Under the pieces are notes generated by a model. The model made no database searches. It was not told the DNA's origin and saw only the letters and a program-made list of their open reading frames with translations. From Eledone cirrhosa (Eukaryota), in assembly GCA_964016885.1 (NCBI GenBank), contig OZ024760.1, positions 7,440,001 to 7,504,000 of the forward strand: a stretch of 64,000 nucleotides of DNA, written 5' to 3'. Positions 38,878 to 51,124 of the stretch are shown here, piece by piece; position 1 is the stretch's first letter, and each line of letters starts with the position of its first letter. The position numbers and the translations under genes were made by a program.

Positions 38878-40150
38878 TCTAGGTAGGTAAATAGGTAGGT
38901 AGGTAGATAATTAGGTAGGTAGTTAGGTAGGTAGGTAGGTAGTTAGGTAGGTAGCTAGGTAGGTAGCTAGGCAGGTAGATAGGTAGCTAGCTAGGTAGGT
39001 AGGTAGGTAGGTAGTTAGCTAGCTAGCTAGCTAGCTAGGTAGGTAGCTAGGTAGGTAGCTAGGTAGCTAGGTAGCTAGCTAGGTAGGTAGGTAGCTAGGT
39101 AGGTAGGTAGCTAGGTAGGTAGATAGCTAGGTAGGTAGGTAGCTAGGTAGGTAGGTAGGTAGGTAGCTAGCTAGGTAGGTAGGTAGGTAGCTAGCTAGCT
39201 AGCTAGGTAGGTAGGTAGCTAGGTAGGTAGGTAGCTAGGTAGGTAGCTAGCTAGATAGCTAGGTAGGTAGGTAGCTAGGTAGGTAGGTAGGTAGCTAGCT
39301 AGGTAGGTAGGTAGGTAGGTAGCTAGCTAGCTAGGTAGGTAGGTAGCTAGGTAGGTAGGTAGCTAGCTAGCTAGGTAGGTAGATAGCTAGGTAGGTAGGT
39401 AGCTAGCTAGCTAGGTAGGTAGATAGCTAGGTAGGTAGGTAGCTAGGTAGGTAGGTAGGTAGCTAGCTAGGTAGGTAGGTAGGTAGCTAGCTAGATAGCT
39501 AGGTAGGTAGGTAGCTAGGTAGGTAGGTAGGTAGCTAGCTAGGTAGGTAGGTAGGTAGCTAGCTAGGTAGGTAGGTAGCTAGCTAGCTAGGTAGGTAGGT
39601 AGCTAGGTAGGTAGGTAGCTAGGTAGGTAGGTAGGTAGCTAGCTAGGTAGGTAGGTAGGTAGCTAGCTAGCTAGGTAGGTAGGTAGCTAGCTAGCTACCT
39701 ACTTACCTAGCTACCTACCTACCTAGCTAGCTAGCTACCTACCTACCTACCTACCTAGCTAGCTACCTACCTACCTACCTAGCTACCTACCTACCTAGCT
39801 ATCTAGCTAGCTACCTACCTAGCTACCTACTACCTAGCTAGCTACCTACCTACCTACCTACCTAGCTATCTACCTACCTAGCTACCTACCTACCTAGCTG
39901 CCTACCTACCTAGCTACCTACCTACCTACCTACCTAGCTACCTACCTACCTAGCTACCTACCTACCTAGCTAGCTAGCTAGGTAGGTAGGTAGCTAGGTA
40001 GGTAGCTAGCTAGCTAGGTAGTAGGTAGCTAGGTAGGTAGCTAGCTAGCTAGGTAGTAGGTAGCTAGGTAGGTAGCTATCTAGCTAGGTAGTAGGTAGCT
40101 AGGTAGGTAGCTAGCTAGGTAGGTAGGTAGGTAGGTAAGTAGTTAGGTAA
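38878..40150. repeat. (AGGT)n/(AGCT)n tetranucleotide satellite with an internal inversion (~39695-39975)
   Basis: Orientation switches to (ACCT)n and back at palindromic AGCT runs. Confidence 0.95.
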
Positions 40151-40474
40151 TAAGAAAGGTCTTAAGGTTTATACTGGGGTGCCTTTCCCCCTGCTCCTGA
40201 CCCCTATTACTTCTAGATAGGTAGGTAAGTAATGAGGGAGCTGTTAACATGTGTGGGTGGATATGCCGGGGTACCTTTCACCCCCTCCTCCTCCTCCTAA
40301 TCCCTGTTGCTTCTAGGTAGGTAGGTAGTTAGGTAGATAATGAGGGAGGCGTTAAGGTGAGTGGGTGTGTGGGTTTGCTGGGGGGTGGGGGTGGAGAGGT
40401 GTTGTTGTTCCACAGTCACACGACTATCCCACCTCCTCCACCCCCCCACACTCATCCCCACCATCCCCACTACC

Positions 40475-40643
40475 TCACATGTCATCCGACCTGCCTGACC
40501 CCCACCTAAAGCCCTCAGTGAGAGAATCTAACATTGAGGAAGGGTTCACCGTACTGGACGACTCTGCAATGCTGTAGGCGTGGAAGAACATATTTCGGAC
40601 ACAGGCCAGTCGGCTGGAACGGGATGGAACGTTCTCCTCGGAC
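40475..40643 (-). CDS. MTMR14: MTMR14 last coding exon (SEENVPSRSSRLACVRNMFFHAYS...GRSDDM*)
   Basis: ttgtttcag acceptor, phase fits previous exon, TGA at 40475-40477; resembles recalled MTMR14 C-terminal RLQEVRSAFLAAYS. Confidence 0.85.
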
Positions 40644-40685
40644 CTGAAACAAAACCAAAGTAGAAGATAAATAAATAAATGAATG

Positions 40686-41028
40686 AATCATCATCATCAT
40701 CATCATCATTTTACATCATCATCATTTTCCCTGCTTGCCAGGGTGGGACGGGAACTGATTCTGGCTTGATTTCTACAGCTGGATGCCCTTCCTAACACCA
40801 ACCTCATTTACAGTGAGTGGTGGGTGCTTTTTTGCCGTGGCACCTCCACGACCACTTTGCAGTGGAATGATAGGGACCCCAGTCCCTATCATCTCATTTC
40901 TACAGCTGAGTAAACTGGAGCAATGTGAAATAAAGTGTCTTGCTCAAGGAAACAACACATCACCCGGTCTGAGAATTGAACTCACAACCTTTCGATTGCA
41001 AGGCCAATGCTCTAACCACTAAGCCATG
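40686..41028 (-). mobile_element. SINE family A, inverted relative to the other full copies
   Basis: Reverse complement of the 5084 copy. Confidence 0.9.
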
Positions 41029-41057
41029 TGGAATAAATATAATTATTTAATTATTTT

Positions 41058-41938
41058 TACCACCACCACCACCACTACTACTATTACTACCACCACCACT
41101 ACTACTACTACTATTAGTACTACCACTACCACTACTACTATTAGTACAACCACTACCACCACTACTATTATTACTACCACTACCACCATCACTACTACTA
41201 CTATTACTACTACCACTACCACCACTACTACTACTATCACTACCACTACCACCACCACTACTACTACTATTATCACTACCACCACCACTACTACTATTAC
41301 TACTACCACCACTACTACTATTACTACCACAACCACCACCACCACTACTACTATTATCACTACCACCACTACTACTACTATTACTACCACCACCACTACT
41401 ACTATTACTACTACCACCACTACTACTATTACTACCACCACCACTACTACTACTACTATTACCACTACCACCACCACCACCACTACTACTACTACCACCA
41501 CCCTTACTACTATTACCACTGCCTCTAATACTACTACCACTACCATCACCACTACTGATGGTGGTGATGGTGATGGTGATGATGATGATGGTGGTGATGA
41601 TGATGATGATGATGACAATGATAACAAGATGGCTGCAGTGCACTTACATAGAATGATGATGATGATGGTGATGATGGTGATGATGGTGATTATGATGATG
41701 GTGATGATGGTGGTGGTGGTGATGGTGATGATGATGATGACAATGATAACAAGATGGCTGCAGTGCACTTACAGAGAATGATGATGGTGATGATGATGAT
41801 GATGATGGCGATGATGGTGGTGGTGGTGATGGTGATGATGGTGATGACAATGATAACAAGATGGCTGCAGTGCACTTACAGAGAATGATGATGGTGATGA
41901 TGATGATGATGATGGCGATGATGATGATGATGATGGCG

Positions 41939-41970
<32 letters not shown>

Positions 41971-41973
41971 GGC

Positions 41974-42007
<34 letters not shown>

Positions 42008-42060
42008 GTGATGATGATGGTGACGATGATGATGATGATGATGATGATGATGACAATGAA
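41058..42060. repeat. (ACT/ACC)n then (GAT)n trinucleotide arrays, the latter with 3 extra copies of the exon's 5' splice-site region
   Basis: GGCTGCAGTGCACTTACA(G/T)AGAATG at ~41631, 41755, 41863. Confidence 0.9.
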
Positions 42061-42099
42061 AACAAGATGGCTGCAAGTGGCAAGTGCAGGTGTACTTAC

Positions 42100-42441
42100 A
42101 GAGAATGTGTCAGGGTTGCTGGAGATGAAATATGCGCCGAATGTGCGGGCGAGGAGAACCAGCCGGGGGTGTAGTGGGTTACGGAGGAGGAGGAGGAGGA
42201 GCGGAGGTGATTGGGAGACGTGGTGGAGACGCCATCTGGTTTCTGGTGGTGAGGAATGTCGATATGTCCGGCCGAGCCCTTTGACGGATCTTCTCCTGGA
42301 TGTGAACAGGTGAGGCGACAACGGGCAAGCCTTTGATCGAGTTGTCGGCAATGGAGTCTCTCAGCTGCACCACTTTCACAGGAAGCAGCATTGTTGGTAG
42401 TGTTAGGCACCTTATGATGAATGTAAGCTGCACTCTGGGTA
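42100..42441 (-). CDS. MTMR14: MTMR14 exon (TQSAAYIHHKVPN...LTHSL), low-complexity C-terminal region
   Basis: tttctttag acceptor, TCT|gtaagt donor, 342 nt, phase 2/2, open. Confidence 0.8.
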
Positions 42442-42450
42442 CTAAAGAAA

Positions 42451-42491
<41 letters not shown>

Positions 42492-42495
<4 letters not shown>

Positions 42496-42860
42496 TGTTT
42501 CTACTTTTGGCACAAGGCCAGCAATCACCCAGTACATTACTGGTACTTTTATTTTATCGACTCCCCCCGTAAGGATGAAAGGCAAAGTTAACCTCGGCGG
42601 GATTTGAACTCAGATCATAAAGGGCCGAACCTCTACCGATACTGCCAGTCCACCACCCTTATAATAATAATAATTGTTTCTACTTTTGGCACAAGGCCAG
42701 CAATCACCCAGTACATTACTGGTACTTTATTTTATCGACTCCCCCCGTAAGGATGAAAGGCAAAGTTAGCCTCGGCGGGATTTGAACTCAGATCATAAAG
42801 GGAGGTAACTCTATGCTGCAAAGCATGGCGTCTGACCCACTACCGATACTGCCAATCCAA
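42492..42860 (-). mobile_element. Two tandem SINE B copies with (TAA)n tails
   Basis: Match to family B. Confidence 0.85.
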
Positions 42861-42953
42861 ATAATAATAATAATCTGTGTGGGGTTTTTGTGTTTAAACA
42901 AATATTAACAATGTAAAACAAGTGGAGCGTTAACGAGACAAAGATAGGTAGAA

Positions 42954-42989
<36 letters not shown>

Positions 42990-43187
42990 GGGAGAAATAT
43001 AAAAACAGATAAGTGAGCGTTAAAAAGAGAAGGATAGATAGATAGATAAATAGAGAGAGAGGGGGGGGGAGGGATTATCACCGCTAGATGTTAGGGAGAT
43101 TTTTCCCTGATCTGTGGTGGAGGTCCTTTGAAGTGTCATTGTTGATAGGGAATAGAGTTATGTGATGAAAACTAAAGAACTACTTAC

Positions 43188-43296
43188 TCCTCTGAAAGGA
43201 AGATCTGTGCTCCAGATGGGCTTGTAGACATGGAAGATGATGAGGTTGTGAGGAGATTGGAATCAGTCAACCTTACTTCTCCATTCTCATTATTAC
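43188..43296 (-). CDS. MTMR14: MTMR14 exon (GNNENGEVRLTDS...QIFLSED)
   Basis: gtcaacag acceptor, GGA|gtaagt donor, 109 nt, phase 1/2 fits both neighbours. Confidence 0.8.
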
Positions 43297-43336
43297 CTGT
43301 TGACAAAGAACAATTACATTTTGTTACCATATTTCT

Positions 43337-44522
43337 TACAAGGGTTGATTGAAAAGTTTGTAAGCTGACTATGAAAGAGTGATGCTAGAGCTGTGAAATC
43401 TTGCATGCATTGACCCTTTCATGGCTGCATTTCTAATGAAATACACTCTAGTTTAATTAATTATTGAAGAATTTCGAGGGATTTACTAAAATTATTAATT
43501 ATATGGAGGCACATGGCTTAGTGGTTAGAGCATTGGCCTTGCAATCGAAAGGTTGTAAGTTCAATTCTCAGACCGGGTGATGTGTTGTTTCCTTGAGCAA
43601 GACACTTTATTTCACATTGCTCCAGTTTACTCAGCTGTAGAAATGAGATGAAAGGGACTGGGGTCCCTATCATTCCACTGCAAAGTAGTCGTGTAGGTGC
43701 CACGGCAAAAAAGCCCCAGCACTCACTGTAAATGAGGTTGGTGTTAGGAAGGGCATCCAGCTGTAGAAATCAAGCCAGAATCAGTTCCTGTCCCACCCTT
43801 GCAGGCAGGGAAAAAGTGGACGTAAAATGAAATGATGATGAATGATGATTTCATTACTAAGATAGGAACTTATTGTAAGGTTCTTATATAAAATTATGTT
43901 GGAAGATTTTAATTTAAATTGGAAACCTTTAAAATGGATGATTTTATTTCATAGAATCAGAGCCGGTTTTGGCCGTGTTGGTAACTAAAGGGTTAATTTC
44001 AACTCTTCTTATTAATAACTGCAAGGAATGATACTAGAGCTGTGAAATCTTGCATGCAATTAATTTCAACTCTTCTTATTAATAACTGCAAGGAATGATA
44101 CTAGAGCTGTGAAATCTTGCATGCAATTAATTTCAACTCTTCTTATTAATAACTGCAAGGAATGATACTAGAGCTGTGAAATCTTGCATGCAATTAATTT
44201 CAACTCTTCTTATTAATAACTGCAAGGAATGATACTAGAGCTGTGAAATCTTGCATGCAATTAATTTCAACTCTTCTTATTAATAACTGCAAGGAATGAT
44301 ACTAGAGCTGTGAAATCTTGCATGCAATTAATTTCAACTCTTCTTATTAATAACTGCAAGGAATGATACTAGAGCTGTGAAATCTTGCATGCATTAATTT
44401 CAACTCTTCTTATTAATAACTGCATTGCTTCTTTCCAGAAACTATGTTGAAAAATAAACCTCATTTGGTCATTCCATGAGAGTATCTTGGTTAACCTATG
44501 AAATTTTCAACTGACCCTCATA
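43337..44522. mobile_element. Mariner-derived MITE expanded by a nested SINE A (43504-43849), a piggyBac-like end and an internal 67-bp tandem array (43993-44425, ~6 copies)
   Basis: TA-CAAGGGTTGATTGAAAAGTTT ... AAATTTTCAACTGACCCTCA-TA; related copy at 29100-29420. Confidence 0.7.
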
Positions 44523-44553
44523 TGTGAGGGGAGAGGAGGAGATACTATAATAC

Positions 44554-44765
44554 CTGAAGTGTTTTCATTTGTGTTTTTCTGAGGAAATTCCGTTATTTCT
44601 ACGACCAATTCTTTCTCCAGTTCTTTCTCCAGTTCTTTCTCCGGCTCCTTCTCAACATTTCTTTTGTCATTGTGAAACACCGAGTCCAGAACATCGACTG
44701 TCACATCCTCAGGAGGAGTTTCAGCCGATGGCCTGAAGTTCTCACTGCTTTTCCATTTAGTTCTA
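44554..44765 (-). CDS. MTMR14: MTMR14 exon (RTKWKSSENFRPS...NENTSG)
   Basis: ttcag acceptor (NAGNAG), CAG|gtatta donor, 212 nt, phase 2/1. Confidence 0.8.
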
Positions 44766-45534
44766 CTGAAATTAGAAATATAAAATAACATGTTTTTGTT
44801 TTAACCCCTTCCTTACCAAATTTCTAGGGCCGTGGATTGGCAGTATCGGTAGAAAATCAGACACCATGGTTTGCAGCATAGAATTATGGCCCTTTACGTT
44901 CTGAGTTCAAATCCCGCTGAGGTTAGCTTTGCCTTTTATCCTTACAGGGGTCAATAAAATAAAGTACCAGTAATGCACTGGGATCGATTTAGTTGACTTT
45001 CCCCTCCCAAAAAATTGCTGGCCTCATGCCTCAATCAGGTGGATTGGCAGTATCAGTAGAGCATCAGACACCAGTGCATTGCTGGTACTTTATTTTATCG
45101 ACCCCCATAAAGATGAAAAGCAAGCTAACCTCAGCGGGATTTGAACTTAGAACGTAACGAGACATAACACAAAAAATGTGGTTGCCGTTAGGAAGGGCAT
45201 CCAGCCATAGAAATCTAGCCAGAAACAGTCTTATATGAGCAAGACATGGTCACCCGACCCAACTTGCCTCTAACGAAACAAACCCATGCTAACATGGAAA
45301 ATAGATGTTAAACGATGATGATGATTATGTAACGATTCCTTACCATTTTCCAACTGTTTTGAAGGCCGTATTTATTCAAAACATCAAAAACAAACTTCAC
45401 CTCCAAAGTAAAAAATATCTTACCACCTTATTTACGTAGAAGTTTGACATTGGTGGAAATTGGCAAAATATTGACCTTGAATATAAGCCAAATCCCCCAC
45501 CATTTTGCCATCAATTTTTTTTTTCACACATTTC

Positions 45535-45970
45535 TCCGCTTATATACAAGTATATATGGTAATTGTAACAGAGTGGTGAGACTTATATACAAGTATATAC
45601 AGTAATAGTGACAGAAGGGTGAGACTTATATACAATTATATACAGTAACAGTGACAGAAGGGTGAGACTTATATACAAACAGAAGGGTGAGACTTATATA
45701 CAAGTATATATGGTAATTGTGACAAAAGAGAGATACTTCTATACAAGTATATACAGTAATTGTGACACAAGTGTGTGACTTATATACAAGTATATACAGT
45801 AACTGTGACAGAAAGGAGATACTTATATACAAGCATATACAGAAATAATGATACAAGTGTGTGGTTTATATATAAGTAACTGTGTCAGAAGGGTTTGACT
45901 TATATACAAGTACATACAGTAATTGTGACACGTGGGAGAGGCCTATATACAGTAATTGTGACAGAAGGGG
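45535..45970. repeat. Degenerate ~40-bp minisatellite
   Basis: GACTTATATACAAGTATATACAGTAATTGTGACA repeats. Confidence 0.8.
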
Positions 45971-45991
45971 GACTATAAAAGATATACTTAC

Positions 45992-46056
45992 CCAGAGTAA
46001 ACAGAAAAATCATCAGAAGTTATAAATTTCAAAAAATGGAAGCAAAATCGAAAAAT
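45992..46056 (-). CDS. MTMR14: MTMR14 exon (IFRFCFHFLKFITSDDFSVYSG)
   Basis: tttatttcag / TGG|gtaagt; matches recalled human IFFFCFNFLKHITSEEFS. Confidence 0.93.
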
Positions 46057-46100
46057 CTGAAATAAAAAAAAAAGAAGAAAACAATTAGAAACCACCACCA

Positions 46101-48357
46101 CCAGATACACACAGGGATACAGTGTACCTATTGTAAACCAGATACACACAGGGATACAGTGTACCTATTGTAAACCAGATACACACAGGGATACAGTGTA
46201 CCTATTGTAAACCAGATACACACAGGGATACAGTGTACCTATTGTAAACCTGATACACACAGGGATACAGTGTACCTATTGTAAACCAGATATACACAGG
46301 GATACAGTGTACCTATTGTATACCAGATACACACAGGGATACAGTGTACCTATTGTATACCAGATACACACAGGGATACAGTGTACCTATTGTAATCCAG
46401 ATACACACAGGGATACAGTGTACCTATTGTATACCAGATACACACAGGGATACAGTGTACCTATTGTAATCCAGATACACACAGGGATACAGTGTACCTA
46501 TTGTAAACTAGATATACACAGGGATACAGTGTACCTATTGTAAACTAGATATACACAGGGATACGGTGTACCTATTGTAAACCAGATACACACAGGGATA
46601 CAGTGTACCTATTGTAAACCAGATACACACAGAGATACAGTGTACCTATTGTAAACCTGATACACACAGGGATACAGTGTACCTATTGTAAACTAGATAT
46701 ACACAGGGATACAGTGTACCTATTGTAAACCAGATACACACAGGGATACAGTGTACCTATTGTAAACCAGATACACACAGGGATACAGTGTACCTATTAT
46801 AAACCTGATACACACAAGGATACAGTGTACCTATTGTAAACCAGATACACACAGGGATACAGTGTACCTGTTGTAAACCAGACACACACAGGAATACAGT
46901 GTACCTATTATAAACCAGATACACACAGGGATACAGTGTACCTATTGTAAACTTGATATATACAGAGATACAGTGTACCTATTGTAAACCAGATACACAC
47001 AGGGATACAGTGTACCTATTGTAAACCAGATATACACAGGGATACAGTGTACCTATTGTAAACCTGATACACACAGGGATACAGTGTACCTATTGTAAAC
47101 CAGATACACACAGGGATACAGTGTACCTATTGTAAACCAGATACACACAGAGATACAGTGTACCTATTGTAAACCAGATACACACAGAGATACAGTGTAC
47201 CTATTGTAAACCAGATACACACAGGGATACAGTGTACCTATTGTAAACCAGATACACACAGGGATACAGTGTACCTATTGTAAACCAGATACACACAGGG
47301 ATACAGTGTACCTATTGTAAACCAGATACACACAGGGATACAGTGTACCTATTATAAACCTGATACACACAGGGATACAGTGTACCTATTGTAAACCAGA
47401 TACACACAGGGATACAGTGTACCTATTGTAAACCAGATACACACAGGGATACAGTGTACCTATTGTAAACCAGATACACACAGAGATACAGTGTACCTAT
47501 TGTAAACCAGATACACACAGGGATACAGTGTACCTATTATAAACCTGATACACACAAGGATACAGTGTACCTATTGTAAACCAGATACACACAGGGATAC
47601 AGTGTACCTGTTGTAAACCAGACACACACAGGAATACAGTGTACCTATTATAAACCAGATACACACAGGGATACAGTGTACCTATTGTAAACCAGATACA
47701 CACAGAGATACAGTGTACCTATTGTAAACCAGATACACACAGGGATACAGTGTACCTATTGTAAACCAGATACACACAGGGATACAGTGTACCTATTGTA
47801 AACCAGATACACACAGAGATACAGTGTACCTATTGTAAACCAGATACACACAGGGATACAGTGTACCTATTGTAAACCAGATACACACAGAGATACAGTG
47901 TACCTATTGTAAACCAGATACACACAGGGATACAGTGTACCTATTGTAAACCAGATACACACAGGGATACAGTGTACCTATTGTAAACCAGATACACACA
48001 GGGATACAGTGTACCTATTGTAAACCAGATACACACAGAGATACAGTGTACCTATTATAAACCAGATACACACAGGGATACAGTGTACCTATTGTAAACC
48101 AGACACACACAGGAATACAGTGTACCTATTGTAAACCAGATACACACAGGGATACAGTGTACCTATTGTAAACCAGATACACACAGAGATACAGTGTACC
48201 TATTGTAAACCAGACACACACAGGAATACAGTGTACCTATTGTAAACCAGACACACACAGGAATACAGTGTACCTATTGTAAACCAGATACACACAGGGA
48301 TACAGTGTACCTATTGTAAACCAGATACACACAGAGATACAGTGTACCTATTGTAAA
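46101..48357. repeat. 37-bp satellite, ~61 copies
   Basis: CCAGATACACACAGGGATACAGTGTACCTATTGTAAA. Confidence 0.98.
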
Positions 48358-48462
48358 GCAATATATATACATAGTATATATACACTATGATCAGCTTAAA
48401 ATACTCAAATATATGTTAAATATAGATTTAATAGAAGAGTTATTTAAGCAAGAATTACAAAC

Positions 48463-48499
48463 CTCTTCTCCTTTATCAATTCTGTCAGGTAAACAGTGG
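48463..48499 (-). CDS. MTMR14: MTMR14 37-nt exon (HCLPDRIDKGEE)
   Basis: tattctag / GAG|gtttgt; phase 2/0 bridges neighbours; matches recalled HMLVDRLSKGEE. Confidence 0.92.
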
Positions 48500-48537
48500 C
48501 TAGAATAGAAGATAAAAAAGGTAAGTATTGAGAATGC

Positions 48538-49495
48538 ATCACCAACAACACCACCACTGCCAACACCACCACCACCAACACCACCACCAACAACAACACC
48601 ACCACCAGCTGCACCACCACCAACAACAACACCACCACCACCAACAACACCACCACCAACAACAACAACAACACCACCACCAGCTGCACCACCACCACCA
48701 ACAACACCACCACCAACACCACCACCACCAGCTGCACCACCACCACCAACAACACCACCACCAACACCACCACCACCAGCTGCACCACCACCACCAACAA
48801 CACCACCACCAACAACAACAACAACACCACCACCAACACCACCACCACCAGCTGCACCACCACCACCAACAACACCACCACCACCAGCTGCACCACCACC
48901 ACCAACAACACCACCACCAACACCACCACCACCAGCTGCACCACCACCACCAACAACACCACCACCACCAGCTGCACCACCACCACCAACAACACCACCA
49001 CCAACACCACCAACAACACCACCACCAACACCACCACCACCAGCTGCACCACCACCACCAACAACACCACCACCAACAACAACACCACCAGCTGCACCAC
49101 CACCGCCACCAACATCACCACTGCCAACACCACCAACAACAACACTACAACCACCAACAACACCACCACCAGCTGCACCACCACCACCAACATCACCACT
49201 GCCAACACCACCACCACCAACATCAACAACAACAACAACACTACAACCACCAGCTGCACCACCACCACCAACACCATCAACAACAAAACCACCAACACCA
49301 TCAACAACACCACTACTACCAACAACAACAACACCATCAGTACCACCAACAACAGCAACAACACTACTACTACCACTACAGCCAACATCTTCAGTACCAC
49401 CAACAACAACAACACCACCTCCACAAACAACAACAACACCACTACCACCACTACAACCAACAACAACACCAACAACACCATCAGTACTACTAGTT
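48538..49495. repeat. (CAC/CAA)n trinucleotide satellite
   Basis: Fills the intron between the two exons. Confidence 0.95.
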
Positions 49496-49517
49496 GCAAC
49501 AATAGAACATTACTCAC

Positions 49518-49680
49518 CCAAACAGATACCAGTCATACGCTATGGTAAGATACAGTATCTCTTCCGGCTTAAGGGACTGGTGTATGGCCCCGTCAGCCCA
49601 CAATGAAAGACGAAGTAGAGAGATGTAGAGAGGAGTCCTATCCCAGCCAGAGATACAATGGACCAAAATTCCTGAAGATC
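49518..49680 (-). CDS. MTMR14: MTMR14 catalytic exon (GSSGILVHCISGWDRTPLYISLLRLSLWADG...AYDWYLFG)
   Basis: CX5R signature HCISGWDRT typical of MTMR14/EDTP; ctacag / TGG|gtgagt. Confidence 0.97.
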
Positions 49681-51106
49681 CTGTAGAAGAGAGAGAGACA
49701 CATAAGTAAAGGTATTACATCCTACAGAAGAGAGAGAGACACATAAGTAAAGGTATTACATCCTACAGAAGAGAGAGAGACACAAGTAAAGGTATTACAT
49801 CCTACAGAAGAGAGAGACACATAAGTAAGGTATTACATCCTACAGAAGAGAGAGAGAGACACATAAGTAAAGGTATTACATCCTACAGAAGAGAGAGAGA
49901 CACATAAGTAAAGGTATTACATCCTACAGAAGAGAGAGAGAGACACATAAGTAAAGGTATTACATCCTACAGAAGAGACAGAGACACATAAGTAAAGGTA
50001 TTACATCCTACAGAAGAGAGAGAGAGACACATAAGTAAAGGTATTACATCCTACAGAAGAGACAGAGACACATAAGTAAAGGTATTACATCCTACAGAAG
50101 AGAGAGAGAGACACATAAGTAAAGGTATTACATCCTACAGAAGAGAGAGAGACACATAAGTAAAGGTATTACATCCTACAGAAGAGAGAGAGAGACACAT
50201 AAGTAAAGGTATTACATCCTACAGAAGAGACAGAGACACATAAGTAAAGGTATTACATCCTACAGAAGAGAGAGAGAGACACATAAGTAAAGGTATTACA
50301 TCCTACAGAAGAGAGAGAGACACATAAGTAAAGGTATTACATCCTACAGAAGAGACAGAGACACATAAGTAAAGGTATTACATCCTACAGAAGAGAGAGA
50401 GAGACATAAGTAAAGGTATTACATCCTACAGAAGAGACAGAGACACATAAGTAAAGGTATTACATCCTACAGAAGAGAGAGAGAGACACATAAGTAAAGG
50501 TATTACATCCTACAGAAGAGAGAGACACATAAGTAAAGGTATTACATCCTACAGAAGAGAGAGAGACACATAAGTAAAGGTATTACATCCTACAGAAGAG
50601 AGAGAGACACATAAGTAAAGGTATTACATCCTACAGAAGAGAGACAGAGATACATAAGTAAAGGTATTACATCCTACAGAAGAGACAGAGACACATAAGT
50701 AAAGGTATTACATCCTACAGAAGAGAGAGAGACACATAAGTAAAGGTATTACATCCTACAGAAGAGACAGAGAGACACAAGTAAAGGTATTACATCCTAC
50801 AGAAGAGAGAGAGAGACACATAAGTAAAGGTATTACATCCTACAGAAGAGAGAGAGACACACATAAGTAAAGGTATTACATCCTACAGAAGAGAGAGAGA
50901 GACACATAAGTAAAGGTAGTACATCCTACAGAAGAGAGAGAGACACAAGTAAAGGTATTACATCCTACAGAAGAGAGAGAGACACATAAGTAAAGGTATT
51001 ACATCCTACAGAAGAGAGAGAGAGACATAAGTAAAGGTATTACATCCTACAGAAGAGAGACACATAAGTAAAGGTATTACATCCTACAGAAGAGAGAGAG
51101 ACACAT
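49681..51106. repeat. ~41-bp satellite, ~35 copies, each a copy of the adjacent 3' splice site
   Basis: CATCCTACAGAA(GA)nCACATAAGTAAAGGTATTA. Confidence 0.97.
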
Positions 51107-51124
51107 TTATAGATGGTGTAGTTG

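Noticed and set aside
41026-42351. Poly-Thr, poly-Met, poly-His and poly-Val ORFs (also 48444-49517)
   Set aside because: Trinucleotide microsatellite artefacts
46101-48357. 37-bp repeat array as a CRISPR array
   Set aside because: Head-to-tail units with no unique spacers, no cas genes, eukaryotic intron
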